This document shows positions 53,457-64,000 of a stretch of 64,000 nucleotides of DNA, one piece after another. Origin of the DNA: Octopus vulgaris (lineage: Eukaryota); contig OX597818.1 of assembly GCA_951406725.2 (NCBI GenBank), positions 37,758,001 to 37,822,000 on the forward strand. The letters are read 5' to 3'. The notes below the pieces were generated by a model that saw nothing but the letters and a program-made list of their open reading frames with translations, had not been told where the DNA came from and did no database searches. Positions within the stretch are counted from its first letter, which is position 1. Every line of letters starts with the position of its first letter. A program made the translations under genes and the position numbers.

Positions 53457-53474
53457 GCACAAACGCATGCATGT

Positions 53475-53554
<80 letters not shown>

Positions 53555-53589
53555 TATACATATAGATAGATAGATAGATAGATAGATAA

Positions 53590-53627
<38 letters not shown>

Positions 53628-53753
53628 ATTAATTAATAAGGGTGAGAGAATTAGATACTAATTTAATAGTATATTTATTCCACACCAAGTGGCCTAGTGC
53701 TACGAGAAACCTGGATTATTATAATATTTTATAACATATTATAATATTTTCAC

Positions 53754-54318
<565 letters not shown>

Positions 54319-54370
54319 ATACATAAAAATATATACATGTTGTTTCTGAAAAACGAGATGATGTGTTTGC

Positions 54371-54411
<41 letters not shown>

Positions 54412-54869
54412 CTGTGTCTGTGTCTATGCATGTATTGCAAATTCATTATCTCATTTTTCAGAGAAAACATTAATTAATAAGTAATGAGGAAATGAAAACA
54501 CAACTGAATTTGAAATGTTCACTAACCTCTGTAACTAGATACCATGATCATTCAAAGGTACATGAAAAAGGATAAAGAAGATAGTATATAAATAATGCTA
54601 ATAATACCTTATCAAAGTCAGTAATTAGAGAGGATTATAGGCAACTGAAGTCGGCGGGAATTATTTCGTGCATAACACTAAAATGCTTAAGGAAATTTAA
54701 TATCGCTTTCGAAGCACATCGAGTAGATAAAAGATAAGATGGGGCCTATAGATATCACGCAGGCTTTCCTGGTCAGAGACACCCCATCCTGTAATCATTT
54801 AAAGCACTGCAATCAGGGTTTAACCGAAAAATACTATATAGGAAAATATTCAAGACTTTCTCTTTTTTT

Positions 54870-55262
54870 TTTACTTGTTTCAGTCATTTGATTGTGGCCA
54901 TGCTAGAGCACCACCTTTAGTCGAGCAAATCGACCCTAGGACTTATTCTTTGGGAGCCTAGTACTTATTCTATCGGTGTCTTTTGGCGAACCGCTAAGTT
55001 ATGGGGACGTAAGAACACCAGCATCTGTTGTCAAGCGATGTTGGGGGACAAACACAGACGCAAAAACATATACACACACATACATATATATACATATATA
55101 CGACGAGCTTCTTTCAGTTTCCGTCTACCAAATCCACTCACAAGGGTTTGGTCGGCCCGAGGCTATAGTAGAAGACACTTGTCCAAGGTGCCACGCAGTG
55201 GGACTGAACCCGGAACCATGTGGTTGGTAAGCAAGCTACTTACCACACAGCCACTCCTACCC
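54870..55262 (-). mobile_element. SINE family A, full length
   Basis: Family consensus. Confidence 0.9.
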
Positions 55263-55489
55263 CTAAGACTGATTAAAACAAAAAAATTGTATTAGATTTC
55301 TACTTGTAGACAGTATAAAATCCTTGTTGCCTCTTTAAAATAACAAATATAAATATATTTTTTAGTTTCAGTCAATGCACAATTTCAGTTTTATTTATTT
55401 AACCTTTGAAAGTATTTGTATTTTTCTGATAGTTTACTTCATCTTTCAGTGCTAAAGAAAACATAATCATGTAAGATATTTTGAACTAC

Positions 55490-55591
55490 CTCCAAGAAAA
55501 CCTCTGTGATATGAGATAGTTGTCCAGAAGGTCAACGGTAGAGACAGCCTTGCGGAATTTGCCAGCACTAGCAGTTGGTGTAAAAGCAATT
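55490..55591 (-). CDS. Possible 102-nt internal exon of an unidentified gene
   Basis: ttttatctccccattcag|...ggag|gtagtt; two open frames (IAFTPTASAGKFRKAV... or LLLHQLLVLAN...). Confidence 0.25.
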
Positions 55592-55887
55592 CTGAATGGG
55601 GAGATAAAAATAATAACTGTACTCCCCAACAGCTCTCTGAAATAAAGAATATCCTGGAAACACTCAGTACTTACTAATTCTTAGCTATTCTTATATCTTA
55701 GAATTAAGCGTTAGTGAAGACTTTCCTATATATTTATAGGAAAGTAATCTAAAACCGGTAACGACTTCTCATTTGATTCAAACTTCAGAAAACGATATTA
55801 AAAAATCTTTAGTTTCTGTTATAAAAAGAAAAAAAGATTTCCAAATTTAGATTCCAAATTTAGATTCCAAATTTAATTCTCACTGAT

Positions 55888-57295
55888 AAATAGCAGGAAA
55901 GATCTCCCCGACGAGAGCTAATAATACTGATGTTGACAAAGCCCTTACCCACCAATGGTTAGCGTCTTCTGGCTTAAAATCAAAGAGAAAGAAGGGTTCA
56001 TTATAGCAGCCCAAGATCAATGGCTACCTACAAGAAACTATCAGGTCAACATCTTAATGAACAGCAGTAGCCCAACATATCATTTATGTAAACAACAGGC
56101 TAAGATCATCGCTCGTGTTGTCTCCATGTGCAGCCTTCTTGCGCCTACAGAGTATCTCAACAGGCATAATAGAGCGGCACAGTATATCCTCTAGGTAATT
56201 TGAAGAGACCTGGACCTGCTCCATGATAAAAACTGGTAGTAACACAAACCACTTCCAGTGCTTGAAAATGATCACATCTCACTGCTATGAAACTTTACAG
56301 TTCAAACTGTTAAATAGACGCAAATAAGGAATTCTGACAAAAATCATGCCTCCTCATCGTTATGACTGTCCCAATCGACATAAATGTATCTGTCAAGATC
56401 TACCAAAAACTGTAAAAATATAAAGATTTTGAAATAGAAATTGGCAAAATGTGGAACCGCAAGACTAAAACAATACCTCTTGTCACAGGTGCTCTAGGAA
56501 TGATAGTAAAAGAGGTTGATTGTTACCTGTCTCAGATATCAGGAAGTCCAAAAATAGAAGAAATTAAAAAAATAGTGCTCATGAGAACTGCTCATATCCA
56601 ACGAAAAATATTGCCCATGTTAGTCCAAAAAACATTTAAATCTGTAAACACAATCAAGAGTACTTATATATGTACACAATAGCAAACACCCTTTACTGTG
56701 ATCTTAAAATCACATTATCATCTTATCATCAAACTAGCAGTATCGTCCGGCGTTGCTCGGGGTTGTTTCGACCCTATAGAATTGGAATTTTCGAAAAGTA
56801 AAAATTTTGCATTATGTAGCTCGTTATTCTCTTGAAATACACCGAAAAATGGCGACACAGCAGTCAAAAAATCGTAAAAAAATAGGGATTTTCATAGAAA
56901 AAAAGCACCTTTTTGATGTAAATAATTTTTGGTGTTAACATGGTCCGATTTGAATTTTTTCTTCTACGGAAGGAAGAGCAAGTCTTCTTCTATCATGCTC
57001 TCAATTTTGGTCAACTTGCGCGGTAGGGTCTCGGAGGAGATAGTGTTAGTTGAAGGCTACCAAATCTGCCATACACAGACAACTTCAGCTTTATATATAT
57101 ATAGATTACTTTTGAAACAAACTTTTAATTTACTTATATTTTGTCAGACATTCTCTAGAACAATACTCTGTGCAAAACCCAAAATATTGCACCCTAGTCA
57201 TAATACCAACTTGAACTTCTAACTTGTTGCCTCTTGAAGTCTCTGATGAGACTTGGAGTCAACCTGTACAAAGACAAAGCAAAAGCCAAACTTAT
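55888..57295 (+). mobile_element. Second, older R4/Dong-clade LINE 3' fragment interrupted by a Helitron
   Basis: EGFIIAAQDQWLPTRNYQ..EYLNRHNR; KYKDFEIEIGKMWNRKTKTIPLVTGALGMI..TAHI, homologous to 20116-21655. Confidence 0.85.
56734..57105 (-). mobile_element. Non-autonomous Helitron
   Basis: Minus strand A|TCTATATA...ccccgagcaacgccgg hairpin..CTAG|T. Confidence 0.8.
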
Positions 57296-57317
57296 ATTAA
57301 TATTAATCATAATGGAA

Positions 57318-57548
57318 GGCGGCGAGCTGGCAGAAACGTTAGCACGCCGGGCGAAATGCTTAGCGGTATTTCGTCTGTCGTTACGTTCTGAGTTCAAATT
57401 CCGCCGAGGTCGACTTTGCCCTTCATCCTTTCGGGGTCGATAAATAAAGTACCAGTTTCGCACTGGGGTCGATGTAATCGACTTAATCCGTTTGTCTGTC
57501 CTTGTTTGTCTCCTCTATGTTTAGCCACTTGTGGGCAGTAAAGAAATA
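57318..57548 (+). mobile_element. SINE family B, full length
   Basis: Family consensus. Confidence 0.9.
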
Positions 57549-57853
57549 TATATTAATAATAATCATAATAATGATGAGGACGACGACGACGATGATGATG
57601 ATGATGACTCATACAAAACTTAAATCCATGGAACAGCGGCAACATAAGGTCAAAACAAAGTAGCAAAAACAGTAACATCAGCAATAATTTTAGCAGCCCT
57701 AATTACAATCATGCAAACTTAAAAAGATGATTCTCTGCTAGAATAGTTTAACATACTTGGAAGAATACTGATAAGCCATTCGCTAAATTAAACGTTTCGA
57801 ATTTTTATTTCAAAACGTTGCAAGCACATATAAGCACGCTTACACACATACAC

Positions 57854-57897
<44 letters not shown>

Positions 57898-58132
57898 TTC
57901 CGAAGAATTCTATAATTAACAGAAGGAAAGTGTTCCGACATTAGCAAACCCAAGCGTAAGACCGACGAAAATAAGTAATAGAATAGCAATAAAAGTCTGA
58001 ACATTGCTACATTCAGTTTCTTTTAGTTGTACGGATATCAAGCGTACTACCATAGATTACCAACACGCCTGATTTCGTTGCCACAAAAGAATTTGATGAC
58101 GTTAACAAAAATTCTGAGTAGATAGATAGGTG

Positions 58133-58198
<66 letters not shown>

Positions 58199-58202
58199 CA
58201 GC

Positions 58203-58809
<607 letters not shown>

Positions 58810-58962
58810 CTATGTTTCTTTATTAGCCGCACGGGGCTGGACACAGACGGGACAAATTACAAAGTAGAGCTTTTCTTTTTGGGGAGAAAAAATAGTGGGA
58901 TAGGTTTTCGATCAAAAGGGATCGTAGAAAGGAAAAAAAAGAAAAAGAAAAGAAAAAAATGA
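58810..58962 (-). mobile_element. Second, shorter copy of the same 3' UTR in (GATA)n
   Basis: Same 3' end, shorter 5' extent, independent substitutions. Confidence 0.65.
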
Positions 58963-59070
<108 letters not shown>

Positions 59071-59419
59071 AGAACTCACACAAATATGAAGAAATAAGGC
59101 GAGAGAGGGGTGGAAAAAATAATTACGATTAGACTAAACTACACGCTGAATAAATTGAAAGGTGCGAAACCAAAATTATCTTTAACTTGTTTCAGTCGTT
59201 CGACTGCGGCCACGCTGGAGCATCGCGTTGAAGAATTCCTAGTCGAACGAATCGATTTCAGTACTTCTATTTTTAAGGTTGGTACTTATTCTATCGAACA
59301 CTTTGGCCGAACCGCTTAGTTATGGGGATGTAAACATACCAACAGCAGTTGTCAAGCATGGTAGGGGACGACATGTGCTGTTGGGGATATTTTTCCTTCT
59401 CTAAACTTTCCTGTTTTGC

Positions 59420-59452
59420 TTTCTGACGAAGAGCTAGGCTCGAAACGTCAAA
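59420..59452 (+). ncRNA. Minimal (dimer-type) hammerhead ribozyme in a short element (~59375-59550)
   Basis: ttt-CTGACGA-agagc tag gctc-GAAACGTC-aaa; element ends in (TA)n. Confidence 0.7.
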
Positions 59453-59728
59453 ACCCCTCTCTTTTTTCCTCTTTTACTGAGCGTCTAGTCTCACTAATAC
59501 ATTCCATGTGCGCATTGTGATTTTTTATGTTCGATTATTCGATTTGGCTATATATATATATATGGGTGAATGGGACAAAGAAAGAAAGAGGCAGTCAACG
59601 CATCTGGTAGTATTTACATATATTATTATTTAAAACACTCTGATTCGGCCCCATGCAACTTAAATTTTCTTTAGAAGCCTACGAAACTTTAAGTTGCATA
59701 GAGTCGAACAAACTGTTATAAATAAATA

Positions 59729-59794
<66 letters not shown>

Positions 59795-59904
59795 TGGAAG
59801 TGGATGTGTGGCGTTTCATCATATAATTACAAAATAATAAATAAAACATATGCATATATACATACATATATGTACGTACCTACATCTATATGAATATATA
59901 TATG

Positions 59905-60158
59905 CATACAGGGTACAGGACACCATAAAAAACGTCGAACACAATGAGAAACGAAAACATAAAAACAAAACCATGGAAACGGACATTTTTTTAAACAACG
60001 AAAAAACAGAGTACAAGACATACAACACAAGGAAAATTCCCCTTCTTCGGTCGCCTCTGCTTCGTCTACTCCGTGTTTCGAAGGTAAAGGCGAGGCACGA
60101 CTCCGTTGAAACAGTCCTTCCCGCAAAGCAAATTAAATAAAATTTGGGATTTTTTGCG
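59905..60158 (-). mobile_element. Short non-coding dispersed element, homologue of 40549-40780
   Basis: Shared skeleton with 40549-40780; flanked by TA/CA repeats. Confidence 0.6.
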
Positions 60159-60751
60159 ACACACACACACACACACAACAGGTTTCTTTCAGTTTCTGTC
60201 TACCAGATCCACTCAAAAGGCTTTGGTCATTTCGAGACTATAGCAGAAGAAACTTGTCCATGCTACCCCACTGTAGGACTAAACCCAGAACCATGTGGTT
60301 GGGAAGCAAACTTCTTACCATAGAACCACATTCCCATTTTCACTAGAAATACAAGATTTCACCGAAGAATCTGTATAGCCTTCAAACGCTGTATTAGAAT
60401 ATCGTCTACTTAAAAACTATTTCTCATTCCTTTCCCCCACAGATTCACAACAAGGGAACGTCAAAGATGAGTTGAGAAATACCGGTTTTTTATTGAAGTC
60501 ATAGCAGATCGGAAAAAAAGCCTTTCACGGGAAATATATTTCTGTACCGATATAATTAGTATTAAAATGTTATTTTGCACTTATAATTACTATAGGTTAC
60601 AAATTCTTAAAGACATTGCGTTGCAATGTACGAATAAACGTATTTCTATTTTGTTTTGCTCTTTTGCTGTATAAACTGAAACTTGCTCAATATATAACAT
60701 GTTTAGTAAAGCTGGACAACGTCAATAGTAATTCAAGTATTGTGTGTAGTA

Positions 60752-61572
60752 CAGTAATCCCTCGCTACTTCGCGGTTCAACTATCGCGGATTCACAACTT
60801 CGCGGATTTTTAATCAGGGACGTCCAGTGATTCACAGCCTAAAAAACGTCCTTTTTCTGTTAGCAAAGGGTGGTTTGTTGAGTTACAGAAATGCTTCGGC
60901 CTAAAAGGCGTTTCCCTGCATGGCGAGGCTGCTTCTGCTGACACGACCGCTGCTGGAACATACGCGAATGAAACTTTCAAGAAGATTATCTCCGAAGGTG
61001 GATATAAACCCTAACAAGTTTTTAATATGGACGAGACGGGCTTGTTTTGGAAAAGAATGCCGTCGCGAACTTTCCGGTTCAAAGAGGAAGCAAAAGCCCC
61101 TGGCTTTAAAGCATAGAAGGATCGTGTGACCCTCGTGATGTGTGGCAATGCTGCGGGATTTTTGTTAAAGCCAGGACTTATTTACAAGTCCTGCTGCTAC
61201 TACAACGGTTACACCTTCGGAAGAAGTAGAAGAGGTGTCCCAGGAAAGGGCGCCGCCGTTTACTTTATCATCATCATTTCTACTGCGCTGCAAATTCATC
61301 ACCATCATCATTCAAATTTTACTTCAACTTCTTTCGTGTTGAGTACAGTAACAATCTTTTTTTTTTTTTAATCTAAAGTGTTATTGCTTAACTGTTGTCC
61401 TTGTTATTAATAGACTACTGTAATGGGTGGGTTGTTAACAGTACAGGGAGGGTTTTAAAAGTCCAAATACACGGTAAATAAATACTGTAAATATGGTGTC
61501 CCTACTTCGCGGAAATTCAGTTATCGCGGCCGATCTCGGAACCAATCTACCGCGATAAACGAGGGATCACTG
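60752..61572 (+). mobile_element. Internally deleted Tigger/pogo transposon
   Basis: TA|cagtaatccctcg...cgagggatcactg|TA. LHGEAASAD..QVFNMDETGLFWKRMPSRTF..KDRVTLVMCGNAAG..KPGLIYKS. Confidence 0.92.
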
Positions 61573-62084
61573 TAATCAATTATTAAAATACAATTCTGAC
61601 TGCTGCTTAGCTCCAACAAATTCAAGCTATCATTCAAACAAACAAATACGATAAAAATAGTATCACCTAATTTTGAGTCGTACTACGTAAATGTTGGATG
61701 TGAAAAAATATTGTTTGTGGTCTCCAACAATAGAAAGGCTATTTAAATGCGAATAACATGCGGTCCATTCCACTTCAACGAAGTTACCAATAAAAAGGGA
61801 TGAACGTCATAGAATCACATTTCTCACTTTTCCGTTAACACTTCGTTTTTCGAATTAACGAAAGAGTATCTACGTGATCACTCAATTTGCTAGACAAAGC
61901 AGCAAAATCTTCCTCAAATCATGTCGTGCCAACTTGAAAAGTGAAAAAAAAAGAAGGGTATTTTTGAAATAAACTCCTAATTGCTCAGAATTTCTTTCTT
62001 GTACCCTTTTGAATGAATTTTATTATTCCACTAGTGTGGAAGGTCTCTCATTGATGTCAGCTACAGTATAGCGATTTCCTGGTT

Positions 62085-62162
<78 letters not shown>

Positions 62163-62860
62163 TCTCTCCCTCTCTCTCTCTCTCTCTCCCAGCACGATTT
62201 TAAGGATTAACTAATTTCGGTCCGTCATTTTAACCATCGCAAAATTTTCGAAAGCTTTTCGTTCATTTAAAAAAAAAAAAAAACCACCTGTTGCTAAACA
62301 ATTTTGCAAAAACGGTGACATTACTGTTATTTTGTTTTCTGTTCTATGTTGCAAATGGTTCGAATTGTCTACGAACTAACAACAAACCGTTTCTATAATA
62401 TCTACAACGTGTTGAAAGCTCTCGCTAATTTTCTTAAGTTATCTGTTGCTAACGATTTTCTTGCTACCTCCTCGGCTAACTGTTCAGTTTCATGCAACTG
62501 GTAAGGAATGTGTCGGAATAATATGAATATCATATTAAACTACTTGTACACAAAACTAATAAATAATCTTGCAAGCTAAGTAAGTTAGTAAGAATGCGGT
62601 AGAAGCTGCACTCACCACTCTCTTTATAAGTCGACTAATCTCAAACTCTATTCTCTTTTAGCTCACCTCGACCGCCACCCAACCGGCTCGCACCCGATGA
62701 ATAATAGTATGTTAAATATAGACGTGTGTGACATGGCAATGTAATCTAATTATTGAAACAGGTAGACGTCTTAAGGTTGTATTCCTTTTGAGACATGCAT
62801 ATACATAGACATTCGGAAACATAGCGAATGAGAGTGTGGCTAGGGTGCAGGGAAATGAAC

Positions 62861-62897
<37 letters not shown>

Positions 62898-63203
62898 GGA
62901 AAGAGAGAGACCACCTAAAACAAAAAAACAACAATAACAAAACAAAACAAAAAACCTTGCATACTTGAACGTACGCACGCAGGTGCGTGCGAGCGCGCGT
63001 ATATGAATGCATATATATGTGTGTGTATGTGTCTGTGTGTGTGTATGTATTTATATGTGTGTGTGTGTGTGTTTGTGTGTGTTTGTGTGTGTATGTGTTT
63101 GTGTGTGTGTGTGTGTGTGTGTATTTGTGTGTGTGTTTGTGCGTGTGTGTACGTATGTATGTATGTATGTTATAAATGCAATGAACGAAAAAAACAATGC
63201 AGG

Positions 63204-63296
<93 letters not shown>

Positions 63297-64000
63297 GTGT
63301 GTGTATTCATGTCCATATGCATATATATATACATGCATATATGTGTGTGTATATCTTTGTGTGTGTATGCATATTTAGACACTCTAACAGTGTGGGAGAC
63401 ATAGCTAAACACACACACACACACAAACAAACAAACAAACACACACACGCACACATATACACACATGAATACATACACACTCACAAACACGCACATGCAC
63501 AAACACACAGGGAGAGGAGAGAAAAGAGACAGAGAGAGAGAGAGAGAGAGAAAAGAGAAAGTTGGAACATCGGTATAGAAGTATTCTATACATACATATA
63601 TTCTTGCATTCTCATAAGCAAGACGAAGAAAATACAGAGACAAAAAAAAGCATCTATAAATACACAAAATATACGCATAGCTTTTGTGCACGTAACAATA
63701 CGTAGACTAATAGCATCCATTATCTCAAACATACTAAAGTACACACACGCATGCAAACATACTTACTTAAATATATATATATATATATATGTATGTATAT
63801 ATATATGTAAACATATATATGTATATATGTATACATTTACATATATATATATATATAAACTATACAAACACAGATAAATACATACACATATATTTGTGGA
63901 TGTATGCGTACATGTGTGTGTGTGTATGTGTGTATGTGTGTGTGTAAACACATAACACAACACCATGTACGCATACAGACACAAACCCACGTACATCACA

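Noticed and set aside
57238-57275. CTGATGA-gact tgg agtc hammerhead-like start in the R4 3' UTR
   Set aside because: Lacks GAAA after the stem; probably a LINE 3' stem-loop with chance similarity.
60443-60504. Strong splice-acceptor-like site followed by a short frame
   Set aside because: All frames stop within ~20 codons and there is no supportable link to other exons.

Overview
Eukaryotic, AT-rich, repeat-saturated genomic DNA. The tRNA-derived SINE families and extreme microsatellite density suggest an octopod cephalopod (inference). Almost all ORF-track entries are microsatellite or SINE artefacts, and no complete host gene is visible; only a few low-confidence candidate exons were found, some VWA-like. 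Recognisable elements are three SINE families (my labels A, B, C) and decayed LINEs of the Tx1/L1, R4/Dong, CRE-like, RTE and CR1 groups. DNA elements include Tc1, mariner and Tigger/pogo transposons, MITEs and two Helitrons. The most notable signals are: (1) many minimal type I hammerhead-ribozyme motifs in small Penelope-like non-coding inserts, often fold-back palindromes, in or beside (TA)n and related tracts, plus a covarying hammerhead-like variant with a non-canonical core; (2) an R4/Dong LINE and an ORF-less 550-bp putative partner element stacked in one (TAA)n tract; (3) a SINE whose 3' tail resembles Tx1 LINE tails and which forms fixed-junction concatemers; (4) apparent partitioning of retroelements among different microsatellite targets. 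All coordinates were read by eye and may be off by a few bases.
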